Shown: positions 40,267 through 50,355 of the stretch, one piece after another | Layout of the letters: each line of letters opens with the position of its first letter | Numbering within the stretch: the stretch's first letter is position 1 | Assembly (NCBI GenBank): GCA_964627525.1 | Contig: CAZVIA010000001.1 | Location: 8,007 to 72,006 of the forward strand | DNA length: 64,000 bases | From: an uncultured Gammaproteobacteria bacterium | GTDB lineage: Bacteria; Patescibacteriota; Patescibacteriia; Magasanikbacterales; JBBTQS01 | Direction of reading: 5' to 3' | Notes under the pieces: model-generated | The model's database searches: none | Seen by the model: the letters and a program-made list of their open reading frames with translations, nothing else | What the model was told of the DNA's origin: nothing | Program-made: the position numbers and the translations under genes

Positions 40267-42492
40267 TTACTTTGCCTCTTTCACGTACTTACATTCCTTG
40301 CTACTACATTTAAAAGTTCCTTTAGCTCCATATACAATCAAATTTTTACACTCTGGACAATTATCTCCAGTTGGTTTAGACCATAAAGCATTTTCACAAT
40401 CAGGATATTGATTACATCCATAAAAATTCTTACCACGTTTACTTCTTTTTTCAACAAATTCACCTTTACCACATTTCGGACATTTAATCCCGGTTTTGTT
40501 TTCAATTTTTTTAATGGTTTTACAATCAGGATAACCAGAGCATCCAAGAAACGCACCATAGCGTCCATGCTTTACAGCCATTGGCTTGCCACATTTTTCA
40601 CAAGTCTCATTACTTTCTAATGCTTCTTGTTCCTCTTCTTTTTCCTCACCATCCACTGGCTCGGTATATTTACATTCTGGAAAACCAGTGCAAGCAATAA
40701 ATTTGCCATAGCGTCCAGCCTTAATGATCATGTCACTTTTACATTCAGGACATTTTTTATCAATTGATTCTTCAGTCATAGCTTTTTTAGATAAAGTTTC
40801 TTCTTTTTCTTTAAGATTTTTTTCAAAATCAGGATAAAAGTCTTGTAAAATTTCTGTCCATTTCTTATCACCATCTGCCACATCATCTAAATCTTTTTCA
40901 ACTTTTGCAGTAAACTTGTAATCAACAATTTTTGGAAAATGTTCAACTAACAAATCATTTACAATAATTCCAATGTCAGTTGGCTTAAGTCTTTTGTTTT
41001 CAGTACGCTCAACATAATTTCGTTTTTCAATAGTTGCAATTGTTGGTGAATAAGTTGAAGGGCGACCAATTCCATGTTCTTCTAAAATCTTAACCAAAGT
41101 AGCATCTGAATAACGAGCAGGTGGTTCAGTAAAATGTTGTTCAGGTTTAATTTCTTTTGCATCAACTTTTTCACCCTCATCAAGTTCTGGCAAAATTTTA
41201 TCCTTAGCTAAATCAGGATAAACTTTCATAAAACCATCAAACACAACAGTAGAACCATTTGCGCGAAAATTATATTTTTTTCCATCAGAGTTTTCAATAT
41301 CAACAGCAGTTTGTGCAAGTTTAGCATCTGCCATTTGAGTTGCAGCAGCACGCTTCCAAATCAAATCATACAATTTAAATTGTTGTGGACTTAAATGAGT
41401 CATCATTAATTTTGGTGTGTGTTCAATATCAGTTGGGCGAATTGCTTCATGAGCTTCTTGCGCACCCTTAGCTTTTTTTCCAAACACACGTGGTTTTTTC
41501 AAAGAATAATCATCACCAAATTCTCTTTTAATAAAATCTAAAGCTTCACCTAAAAATTTTCCAGACAAATTAGTAGAATCAGTACGCATGTATGTAATTA
41601 AACCAACGTGACCTTCTGCACCAAGTTCAACACCTTCGTATAATTGTTGTGCGAGCATCATTGTTTGTTTTGATGAAAAACCTAATTTATGGTTTGCATC
41701 TTGTTGTAAAGTTGAAGTGCGATACGGTGGGTGAGGGGATTTTTTACGATCTTTTTTTTCAATTTTTGTAATTTTATAATCAGCACTTTCTAAATCAGAT
41801 AAAATTTTCTTAGCTTGCTTTTCATTTTTGATTTCCAATTTGTCTAATTTTTTTCCGTCAATATTATTTAATTTTGCTAAAAACATTTCTTTTTTAGCAG
41901 TCAAAAATTCAGCTTCAACACTCCAATACTCTTCAGATTTAAAAGCTTCAATTTCACGTTCTCGCTCAACAATTAATCGCATTGCAACTGATTGTACACG
42001 ACCTGCAGACAAGCCACGCGCAACTTTATGCCACAACAAAGGGGATAATTTATATCCAACCAACCGATCCAAAATTCGGCGCGCTTGTTGTGCATTAACC
42101 AAATCCATATCTATAGTACGTGGATTTTCCAAAGCTTTTTCAATTGCGTGTTTTGTAATTTCGTGAAAAGTAATGCGCTTGGTTTTTTCAGGATCAACTT
42201 TTAATGCAAAAGCTAAATGCCAAGAAATTGCCTCACCTTCACGATCTTCATCAGTTGCGAAATAGATTTCATCAACTTTTTTTGCAGCTTCTTTTAAGTC
42301 CTTAACTCTTTTAGATTTGTCGCGCGGAATTACATACTTAGGTTCAAAATTATTTTCAACATCAACACCAAGTTTACTTTTAGGTAAATCACGGATATGA
42401 CCAAAAGAAGATTCTACTTTAAAACCTTTCCCTAAATATTTTGAAATTGTTTTTGCCTTTGTAGGCGACTCAACTATTACTAAACTTTTCAT
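40267..42492 (-). CDS. topA: DNA topoisomerase I
   Basis: VESPTK, ATDEDREGE, SAGRVQ, ITYMRTD, C-terminal Zn ribbons. Confidence 0.97.
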   Translation of the reverse strand: MKSLVIVESPTKAKTISKYLGKGFKVESSFGHIRDLPKSKLGVDVENNFEPKYVIPRDKSKRVKDLKEAAKKVDEIYFATDEDREGEAISWHLAFALKVDPEKTKRITFHEITKHAIEKALENPRTIDMDLVNAQQARRILDRLVGYKLSPLLWHKVARGLSAGRVQSVAMRLIVEREREIEAFKSEEYWSVEAEFLTAKKEMFLAKLNNIDGKKLDKLEIKNEKQAKKILSDLESADYKITKIEKKDRKKSPHPPYRTSTLQQDANHKLGFSSKQTMMLAQQLYEGVELGAEGHVGLITYMRTDSTNLSGKFLGEALDFIKREFGDDYSLKKPRVFGKKAKGAQEAHEAIRPTDIEHTPKLMMTHLSPQQFKLYDLIWKRAAATQMADAKLAQTAVDIENSDGKKYNFRANGSTVVFDGFMKVYPDLAKDKILPELDEGEKVDAKEIKPEQHFTEPPARYSDATLVKILEEHGIGRPSTYSPTIATIEKRNYVERTENKRLKPTDIGIIVNDLLVEHFPKIVDYKFTAKVEKDLDDVADGDKKWTEILQDFYPDFEKNLKEKEETLSKKAMTEESIDKKCPECKSDMIIKAGRYGKFIACTGFPECKYTEPVDGEEKEEEQEALESNETCEKCGKPMAVKHGRYGAFLGCSGYPDCKTIKKIENKTGIKCPKCGKGEFVEKRSKRGKNFYGCNQYPDCENALWSKPTGDNCPECKNLIVYGAKGTFKCSSKECKYVKEAK

Positions 42493-42549
42493 AAAATAAA
42501 AAAGATATGTCTTTGATGAGCATAATGCATAGTGTTTTTTGTGTCAAAT

Positions 42550-43887
42550 TTATCTTAGTTCTCCAGCTAAAAATATTGAACCAGTTACTAAAATTATATC
42601 ATGTTTTGTTGAAGATTTTTTTGATAAAGCAAAAGCTTTTTTGGGATCTGAAAAAGCGCGTATTTTGGGGTGGTCTTTGGGGGGGGTTTTAGGATGACCA
42701 CTAAAGCAAGATTTTTTTGCAAGCTCTGCTAATTTTTTTGGAGGAGTAGGTGGGCAAAAAGGATTACTAAAAGATTGTGTAGTATAAATTTGATTTGCCA
42801 AAGGAGCAATCAGTCGCATGATAGAGCCCAACCTTTTATTTGAAGAAATTCCAATTATCAAAAACACTCGAGCTTCAGGTTTCAGTTTTTTAATAATTTT
42901 TAAAGCATCTCGAGTTGTGCGCATTTTGTCTGTGTTGTGAGCCCCATCAATAATAATCAGAGGGTTTTTGTTCACAATTTCAAAACAAACTGGTCGCACA
43001 GTTTTAGACAGGCCGAGCTCAATATGTTTTTGCGCAATGCGTAATTGTTTTGCAACCTCAATTGCAATTCCAGCATTTTGAGCTTGATGTGCACCAATAG
43101 CTGATACAATATATTTTTTTCCTTTATAAAAAAATTCAGTTCCGCCCAAATCAACTTTAATATTTTCAGGCTGCTCAATATAAATTTCTTTTTTAGCTGG
43201 CGCCCCGCGCAAATGTTTTTTAAAAACTTTTAAAACTTTGGGATCATGTTCGGCACTAACAAAAACAGTTCCTGACTTTAAAATCCCAGCTTTTTCCCAA
43301 GCAATTTTTTCTTTAGAATTTCCAAGTAAATCTGTATGATCCAAACCAATATTTGTTATTACACTTATGTCAGGAACAGGAATTACATTGCTTGCACTAT
43401 AGCGACCACCTAACCCAACTTCAATCACAAAATATTTCACACCTTTTTGTGCAAAATAATCCACAGTCATGCAAAACATCATTTCAAAAAATGATATCAT
43501 GCCGAACGGAGAAATTTTTCCACAGATTTCTAAAGCACGACGCATTCGTTTGCACAAACGAATAAAATCGCGCTCAGAAATATTTTTATCACCAAGTCGA
43601 ATACGTTCCAAAATAGTTGTTGGGTGAGGGGAGTATGTAGATCCAACTTTTTTTCCAGCGCTCAACAAAATCTCATGAATCATTTGTACAACAGAACCTT
43701 TTCCACTAGTTCCAGTAACATGAATCATGTGTGGAATTTTGCGTTCAGGATTATTTAGCAAATCCAAAAACCACTGCGTGCGCTTTAAAAAAATTTTGCA
43801 TTCAGTGTGATCTTTCATAAACTCCTTTTTTTCAAAAGAATTTATAAAGCCCACTAATTCATTTGCAACTTTGTCTGCTTTGTTCAT
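42550..43887 (-). CDS. folC: Folylpolyglutamate synthase/dihydrofolate synthase
   Basis: HVTGTSGKGS, EVGLGGR, DGAHN, TGSIFLAGE. Confidence 0.88.
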   Translation of the reverse strand: MNKADKVANELVGFINSFEKKEFMKDHTECKIFLKRTQWFLDLLNNPERKIPHMIHVTGTSGKGSVVQMIHEILLSAGKKVGSTYSPHPTTILERIRLGDKNISERDFIRLCKRMRRALEICGKISPFGMISFFEMMFCMTVDYFAQKGVKYFVIEVGLGGRYSASNVIPVPDISVITNIGLDHTDLLGNSKEKIAWEKAGILKSGTVFVSAEHDPKVLKVFKKHLRGAPAKKEIYIEQPENIKVDLGGTEFFYKGKKYIVSAIGAHQAQNAGIAIEVAKQLRIAQKHIELGLSKTVRPVCFEIVNKNPLIIIDGAHNTDKMRTTRDALKIIKKLKPEARVFLIIGISSNKRLGSIMRLIAPLANQIYTTQSFSNPFCPPTPPKKLAELAKKSCFSGHPKTPPKDHPKIRAFSDPKKAFALSKKSSTKHDIILVTGSIFLAGELR

Positions 43888-43895
43888 TGTCTGGG

Positions 43896-44774
43896 TTATT
43901 CATTTTTTATGTATCTTTTTCCTCCAACATCTTTCACAAACTCTTCAATCTCCATTTCCATTATGTTACGCATTATTTCTGACTCTGGCAAGTCTACCAA
44001 CTTAATTAATTCATCAATTTGCATGGGTTCTTGTGATAACAAAGAATAAATCGCACAATATTTTTTAGGAATATTTTTTTGCAAAAACTTTTCACCACGA
44101 CAAACACCGTCACTAAAATCAACATTAAATAATTCTAAAATATCTTTTGCGCTACGAATAGGAAAACCACCACGACCAATCAAATCATTACAACCAACAG
44201 ACACATCAGAAAAAATAGATCCAGGAACAGCTCCAACCAAACGATTATATTCCAAGGCTTGAAAAGCAGTAATCAAAGATCCAGATTTTTCTGCTGCTTC
44301 AACAACCAAAGTCACTTGAGACATTGCAGCAATAATTCTGTTGCGTGCTGGGAACATAAATTTTTGAGAATGCATACCTAGTTCATGTTCGCTTACTAAA
44401 GCACCACCACAATCCAAAAGATCTTCAGCTAGTTTTTGATTTGCCATAGGATAAATTTTATCTAAACCTCCAGCCAAAACAGCAACTGCATATCCACCAC
44501 ATTCAACAGTTACACGATGTGCGTGTGCATCAATACCATAAGCTAAACCACTTACTACACCAATTCCATATTTTATTAATTTGGGAACAATTTTTTCAAT
44601 CACACGTTTACCATACACACTTGCTTTTCGTGAACCAACAATTGAGATCAAAGGCACATCTTTTAGAACACCACGATAAAACAATTTTTTAGGTGCATCA
44701 GGAATTTGTTTTAACAAAACAGGATAACCTGTTTGATTTTTGTGTATCTTAAATACACTATATTTTTTAGTCAT
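43896..44774 (-). CDS. dprA: DNA-protecting protein DprA
   Basis: IVGSR, VSGLAYGID, FPARNRII, EAAEKSGSLIT. Confidence 0.93.
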   Translation of the reverse strand: MTKKYSVFKIHKNQTGYPVLLKQIPDAPKKLFYRGVLKDVPLISIVGSRKASVYGKRVIEKIVPKLIKYGIGVVSGLAYGIDAHAHRVTVECGGYAVAVLAGGLDKIYPMANQKLAEDLLDCGGALVSEHELGMHSQKFMFPARNRIIAAMSQVTLVVEAAEKSGSLITAFQALEYNRLVGAVPGSIFSDVSVGCNDLIGRGGFPIRSAKDILELFNVDFSDGVCRGEKFLQKNIPKKYCAIYSLLSQEPMQIDELIKLVDLPESEIMRNIMEMEIEEFVKDVGGKRYIKNE

Positions 44775-44795
44775 ATATTTTTTATTTTAAAAATA

Positions 44796-44824
44796 GGGCG
44801 AAATTTGCAAAGCAAATTTCGCCC
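44796..44824. repeat. 29 bp hairpin repeat, copy 1
   Basis: gggcgaaatttgc-aaa-gcaaatttcgccc; near-identical copy at 55871-55899. Confidence 0.75.
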
Positions 44825-44841
44825 CACAATTATTTTTCAAT

Positions 44842-45390
44842 CTAACATTCCTTTAAAAATTGTCTCTCAACAATTAAAGGAAATTGTTTTAGTATACCTC
44901 TTAATGCAAAACGTTCAAGTGTGGATAATTTTTGTAAAACAAATTTGTCACCAGGCATTTTTGCATGACGACCAACACCAATTCTTACTCTCCAAAAAGC
45001 ATTTGTACCAATCATATCAATTACAGACTGTACTCCATTATGTCCACCAGCATTTTTTTCAAACTGCATGCGAATATCTTCAAAAGGGAAGTCCATGTCA
45101 TCATGCACAACAACCAAACGATCATCTTCAACATTATGCCACTTCATCAACAACTGAACAGCTTCACCAGACTTGTTCATAAAAGTTTGTGGTTTAGCCA
45201 AAATAATTTTTTCACGACCAAAACGACCTTCACTTACAAGTGCTTTGTTTTTTTTCTGTTCAGTCCACTCAGATAATTGCCAATCGCTTTCATGTAATTT
45301 ATGTAAACGATCCAACGCAATAAAACCAAGATTATGGCGAGTGCGCTCATATTCTTTTCCAGGATTTCCCAACCCAACAATTAATAGCAT
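44842..45390 (-). CDS. pth: Peptidyl-tRNA hydrolase
   Basis: VGLGNPG..TRHNLGF, KPQTFMN.SG, GGHNG. Confidence 0.95.
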   Translation of the reverse strand: MLLIVGLGNPGKEYERTRHNLGFIALDRLHKLHESDWQLSEWTEQKKNKALVSEGRFGREKIILAKPQTFMNKSGEAVQLLMKWHNVEDDRLVVVHDDMDFPFEDIRMQFEKNAGGHNGVQSVIDMIGTNAFWRVRIGVGRHAKMPGDKFVLQKLSTLERFALRGILKQFPLIVERQFLKEC

Positions 45391-45410
45391 ATGCCTCCTA
45401 ATTAACTAAT

Positions 45411-46841
45411 TTAATATTGTTTACTTTTTACAATTATAATCTCAATTGGTGTTCCTTCAAAATTAAACTCCTCGCGCAATTTGTTTTCCAAATAATGAAC
45501 ATAAGAAGTGTGCAAAGAAGTTCTGTGTTTAACAATCAATTCAAAAGTTGGTGGTTCAACATCAATTTGTTTAAATGACAAAATTTGTGGTTTGCGAGTT
45601 CCTTTTCCACGAGAAGGTTTGTGTTTGCGAGTAACTTTGTGAATCCACTCTTCCAAAATTTCATCTTCGATTCTTAATTTGCGTGCTTCAGCAACTTTTT
45701 CAACTATTTCAAATAATTGGTGAACGCGAAAACCAGTTTTTGCACTTACAAAATAAATAGGCGACCATTTCATAAAAGCAAAGTAGTGTTCCATTAGTTT
45801 TTTAAAACGTGAGCGATTTTCTTGAGAATGATCTTCAATCAAATCCCATTTATTTAAAACCAAAATTATTCCAACGTGTCTGTTTTCCAACAAACTTGCC
45901 AAATGTTTTTCTTGAACAGATTCTGGGTCAGTTGCATCTAAAACCAATAATACAACATCAGCACGTTCTAAAGATTCAATACTTGCACTAACTCCCATTT
46001 TTTCCAAACCACCTTTGACTTTGCTTTTTCTACGAATTCCAGCAGTGTCTATAATTTTAAATTTTTTCTTACCAAAACCAACGTCTAAGTCAAAAGCTTC
46101 ACGAGTAGTATGCGCTGTTTCGCTTACAATTGCTTCTTGCGCACCAACTAAAGCATTTAACAAAGAAGACTTTCCAACATTTGGTTTTCCAAAAATCGCA
46201 ACGCGCGCAATATAATCTTGCCCAGTTTTAGTCTTAGTCCCAGCTTCGCCCTTAGTCCCAGCTTCGCCTTCAACCACAACTTCACCAACAGCATCAGTCT
46301 CAACTTTTTTACCACGACGTTTTTTTGGCAAAACTTCAACTGCAGCATCTAACATATCTCCAACTCCACTTCCATTTGATGCACTTACCAAAAATATTTC
46401 ACCAAAACCAAGTGAGTGCCAAGCATCTTCAAAAGATTTTTTACGCCAACGTTCTGTGTCTGCTTTATTACCAACTAACACCACTGGTTTTTGACTGCGA
46501 CGCAAACGTTTAGCCAATTCTTTTTCTTGTGGCAAAATTCCAACCTGTGCGTCAACAACAAATAAAATTACATCAGCTTCTTTAATTGCACGTTTAACTT
46601 GTTCCATTACTTCTTTTTCATAAGGAATGTCATCATAAGTTAAACCACCTGTATCCACAATATTAAATTTACGACCACACCAATTCATTTCAGCAATATT
46701 ACGAGTGCGAGTTGTTCCTGCAATATCAGAAACAAGCGCTTTGTGGTCTTCAACCAAGCGATTATATAAAGTGGACTTTCCAACATTTACACGACCAACA
46801 ATTGCAATAGTTGGATTTGGATTTTTTCTTCTACGAGACAT
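45411..46841 (-). CDS. der: Ribosome biogenesis GTPase Der/EngA
   Basis: Two G domains (GRVNVGKS, GKPNVGKS) and a KH-like C-terminus. Confidence 0.95.
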   Translation of the reverse strand: MSRRRKNPNPTIAIVGRVNVGKSTLYNRLVEDHKALVSDIAGTTRTRNIAEMNWCGRKFNIVDTGGLTYDDIPYEKEVMEQVKRAIKEADVILFVVDAQVGILPQEKELAKRLRRSQKPVVLVGNKADTERWRKKSFEDAWHSLGFGEIFLVSASNGSGVGDMLDAAVEVLPKKRRGKKVETDAVGEVVVEGEAGTKGEAGTKTKTGQDYIARVAIFGKPNVGKSSLLNALVGAQEAIVSETAHTTREAFDLDVGFGKKKFKIIDTAGIRRKSKVKGGLEKMGVSASIESLERADVVLLVLDATDPESVQEKHLASLLENRHVGIILVLNKWDLIEDHSQENRSRFKKLMEHYFAFMKWSPIYFVSAKTGFRVHQLFEIVEKVAEARKLRIEDEILEEWIHKVTRKHKPSRGKGTRKPQILSFKQIDVEPPTFELIVKHRTSLHTSYVHYLENKLREEFNFEGTPIEIIIVKSKQY

Positions 46842-46851
46842 AATTTTCAAT

Positions 46852-48360
46852 TTATTCTGTTTCTGTGTAGTCTGCCCCTAATATTATGAGTATATCAGTA
46901 TTTTTGTCAACTTGGGTAGGTAGGTTGGCTGATAACATTGAAGTATCTGCGGGCAAAGTAGAATTTTGCAAAATTTCATCAATAGTTGACGCAATTGGCA
47001 TATTTAACGCCTCACTAATCTGTTTTACAGAATCTACATGCTTTCCATTAGATAAATCAAAAACCGCACTCGTACTATAAGGTCTATCATCAGCATTATC
47101 TACTTTTGTAATTTGAAAACCCTGATTTTCTAGTTCAGCTTTTGCTTTTGCAGCTAAACCAACAACCCAAGTTCCATTTTGAATTTCAATAAAAGCATTT
47201 CCTTCAGACAAAACAACTGCTTTAACTTCACCATCAGATTCTACTATTTGATCAGACAAAGAAGTTTTTCCAGTTAAATTTCCTCCATCAAAAATTCCAT
47301 CAATCACACGTTGTATTTGTCTAAAAGTTCTATCACGTGGCAAAAGCATATACAAATTTGCACCACTACCATTTGCTAGCAATCCACCAACAGCATCAGA
47401 CAAACCAAAACTAATAATATTTTCTGTATCTAAATCATCTGCAATGCGCACCAATTGCAAACCAGTTCCAACATCAATATTTGTATCAATATTTTCAGAT
47501 AAGGTTTTTCGTAAATTATTTAACTTAGCTGGATTTAATAAAGTTGATAAAGACAAAACTTTATTTTTAAAAGCAACAATAACTTTTTGTTGACGACGTG
47601 ATCGTGCAAAATCAGAACCTTCACCATTTGTTCCGTGTCGTGATCGTGCAAACATTAAAGCAGTTTCTCCATCCATGTGTTGTGCGCCTTCATCGAATTT
47701 TACAGTTTGATAGCGATGATCATTAGTAGGGTAGGCACTATCCACAAAAGAATTATCTACATTAATATCAACACCACTAACATGATCAATAAGTTTTTCA
47801 AAACCAGAAAAATCCATGCGTACATAATAATGAATTGGCTGACCAGTCATTTGTTCAATAATGCGTATTGCTAAATCAGCGCCATGTCCAGGATCTTTCA
47901 TTTCTCCAAAAGCATTTGCATGATTAATTTTTCGCCAACCATAACCAGGAATTGGAACAGACAAATCACGCGGAATTGAAATTAAAGAAATTTGATTTGT
48001 GGATGGTTTAATACTTGCCAAAATAATTGTGTCTGTTAAAAACGCACCATCATGCCCAGAACCACCCATGCCTAAGAACAACAAATTAATACGATCAGCT
48101 TTTACACCTTCCAAACGTTTTTCATCACTTAAAATCAAATCGCGCAAAGTTCCAAAAAATCCTTTGTGAGAATCCTTACGATACCAACCTTCATCATTAT
48201 TAATAGGGGATGAAAAAACAACGCCACCAACCCATGTTACAATTACCAACACAGCAACCACTAATGAAAAAAACAGCCCTGTCTTTCGAAGGACACGAGA
48301 AAATCCAGATTTAGGACTTTTCTGGCGATTGTTTCTTTGTGCTAAAAAATCATTATCCAT
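46852..48360 (-). CDS. LCP (LytR-CpsA-Psr) family protein with LytR C-terminal domain
   Basis: N-terminal TM segment; LTDTI, SIPRDL, SDFARSRRQQ; NGT..GLA...IILGAD. Confidence 0.9.
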   Translation of the reverse strand: MDNDFLAQRNNRQKSPKSGFSRVLRKTGLFFSLVVAVLVIVTWVGGVVFSSPINNDEGWYRKDSHKGFFGTLRDLILSDEKRLEGVKADRINLLFLGMGGSGHDGAFLTDTIILASIKPSTNQISLISIPRDLSVPIPGYGWRKINHANAFGEMKDPGHGADLAIRIIEQMTGQPIHYYVRMDFSGFEKLIDHVSGVDINVDNSFVDSAYPTNDHRYQTVKFDEGAQHMDGETALMFARSRHGTNGEGSDFARSRRQQKVIVAFKNKVLSLSTLLNPAKLNNLRKTLSENIDTNIDVGTGLQLVRIADDLDTENIISFGLSDAVGGLLANGSGANLYMLLPRDRTFRQIQRVIDGIFDGGNLTGKTSLSDQIVESDGEVKAVVLSEGNAFIEIQNGTWVVGLAAKAKAELENQGFQITKVDNADDRPYSTSAVFDLSNGKHVDSVKQISEALNMPIASTIDEILQNSTLPADTSMLSANLPTQVDKNTDILIILGADYTETE

Positions 48361-48422
48361 GATATCGGCTAACGAGACAATTATACTTTAATAGGTGGTC
48401 CGAGACAAATTTTTATAAAAAA

Positions 48423-49877
48423 CTATTCACTCAATTTCATACCTCTAGAACCACTTTCAGTCCAACCACTTGGAGTAATTCGTACAAATTCTGCATTTTC
48501 CTGCATTTCCTCAATTGAATGTGCTCCACAATAACTTAAACCACTTTGAACTCCACGTGCCAACCAATCAATCACATCTTGTACAGGGCCTTTATAATCA
48601 ACTAAAGAAGAAATTCCCTCAACATATGCATTCATGCGTTTGCGAATAATTGAATTGGTTTGAGTTTCTTTGCGCACATGTGAGCTTTCATAAGACGCGC
48701 TTCCAATGTATTTTTTATAATTACGACCGTCTTTTTTAATAATCATTCCCGGAGCTTCATCTGTTCCAGCAAAAAATGATCCAGAATAAACAGAAGACGC
48801 ACCAATAGCCAAAGCTTTAGCTGCATCTCCAGGTAGTTTCATACCACCATCAGCAGAAACAGGCACGCCATATTTTTTTGCTTCGCGAGCAACATTCATA
48901 ACAGCTGTAAATTGTGGCACGCCAGCACCAGCTGTAATTCTAGTTGTGCATACAGGAGATGGGCCAATTCCTATTTTCAAACCATCTGCACCAGCTTCAA
49001 TCAAATCTCGCGCTGCTGCAGCAGTTCCAATATTTCCAACCATTACATCAATTTCAAAAATAGATTTTAACTCCTTAAGGCGTTTAATTACTAAATCAGA
49101 ATGTGCATGAGCAATATCTAAAACAATTGCATCAGCACCAGCGCTTATCATTGCTTGTGCCCGCTCAATAGTATCTTTAACACCAACACTAGCTCCTACT
49201 CGCAAACATCCGTTTTTATCACGAGTTGCATCAGGCCAATTTTCTAGTTTCTTAATATCTTGTGTTGTAATCAAACCACTTACTTTTCCATGATTATCTA
49301 TTAAAGGAAGTTTTTCAATACGATTAAAGTGTAGGATTTTTTTGGCTTCATCTAAAGAAATTCCTGGAGCAGCAGTTATTAGTTTTTGGCGAGGTGTCAT
49401 AACCGATGTGATTTTTTGAGATAAATCATATTCAAACAAATAATCTCTTGAAGTAAAAATTCCTACCAATTCATCTCCGTTTTTTACCAACAAACTTGTC
49501 ACACCTTTTGTTCTCATTATATTAACTGCATCTTGAATAGTTGCATGAATACTTACAGATAAAGGTTTGTTAATAACATAGCTTGTACTTCGTTTGACTA
49601 GCTCAACCTCAGCAGCTTCTTCTTCAATTGTCCCAAATTGATGGATTACACCTAAACCACCTCCACGTGCCATTGCAATTGCCATTTTGTGTTCAGTAAC
49701 AGTTGCCATGTTTGCACTTACAAAAGGTTTTTTTAGTTTTATGTTTTTTGTGAAAAAACTTTCTATGTTTGCTTCTGAGCGAGAACTAAGTGGAGTGCGT
49801 TGTGGCACTAATAAAACATCATTATATGTAAGTGCAAGAGGGAAGTTTGCTGGATTTTGGTGATTTGGGTTTTCCAT
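48423..49877 (-). CDS. guaB: IMPDH/GMP reductase family oxidoreductase with CBS pair
   Basis: LTYNDVLLVP, CBS pair, GIGPSPVCTTR, ADGG; flap is divergent (see findings). Confidence 0.8.
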   Translation of the reverse strand: MENPNHQNPANFPLALTYNDVLLVPQRTPLSSRSEANIESFFTKNIKLKKPFVSANMATVTEHKMAIAMARGGGLGVIHQFGTIEEEAAEVELVKRSTSYVINKPLSVSIHATIQDAVNIMRTKGVTSLLVKNGDELVGIFTSRDYLFEYDLSQKITSVMTPRQKLITAAPGISLDEAKKILHFNRIEKLPLIDNHGKVSGLITTQDIKKLENWPDATRDKNGCLRVGASVGVKDTIERAQAMISAGADAIVLDIAHAHSDLVIKRLKELKSIFEIDVMVGNIGTAAAARDLIEAGADGLKIGIGPSPVCTTRITAGAGVPQFTAVMNVAREAKKYGVPVSADGGMKLPGDAAKALAIGASSVYSGSFFAGTDEAPGMIIKKDGRNYKKYIGSASYESSHVRKETQTNSIIRKRMNAYVEGISSLVDYKGPVQDVIDWLARGVQSGLSYCGAHSIEEMQENAEFVRITPSGWTESGSRGMKLSE

Positions 49878-49998
49878 ATTTTTTTATTTATTTAATTTTA
49901 TATTGCACAAACATCTTAACATTTTGTAAAAGTATGTGAAAGTAGGTCTGTTTTTTGGCTAAATTTAGCTATTTTTTAAAAAACTGTCTACAAGGGGC

Positions 49999-50027
49999 TT
50001 GACAAAATTCATCAGATGTGCTATGAT
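49999..50027 (+). promoter_or_regulatory. sigma70 promoter of the Zn-protein/RNA unit
   Basis: TTGACA-17 nt-TATGAT with extended TG. Confidence 0.7.
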
Positions 50028-50033
50028 ACTACG

Positions 50034-50355
50034 TTATCAAGTGATGACACTTACAATTTTCGAGGAGAGAGAAAAAGGGTTATGTTTTTATGTAGCCTAA
50101 TAAAAAGCGGTTTCTCCTCAAGTAATCCGCTTTTTGTTTGAAAAATCGGAATAAGGAAAGTGTAGAGGAGGGAATGTTTTACTAGGAAGGCTTATATTAC
50201 TAAAGTTTCGGCCTTAATCCCAGTGCAACTTCTTCTGCACCTTCCTTAGTCCGATTGGACATGGACTCTTGGGACCAAACAAGAGTTGTAAGTACGTTCG
50301 TTACTTTGGGTGTGCGTTGGTCCGCATGTCCAGAGAGTCAAAGGGGACTTTCAAA
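50034..50355 (+). ncRNA. Structured 5' leader
   Basis: About 27 bp imperfect stem aatcggaataaggaaagtgtagaggag/cttcttctgcaccttccttagtccgatt; also ggacatg/catgtcc, actcttg/caagagt, gaggaga/tctcctc. Confidence 0.45.
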
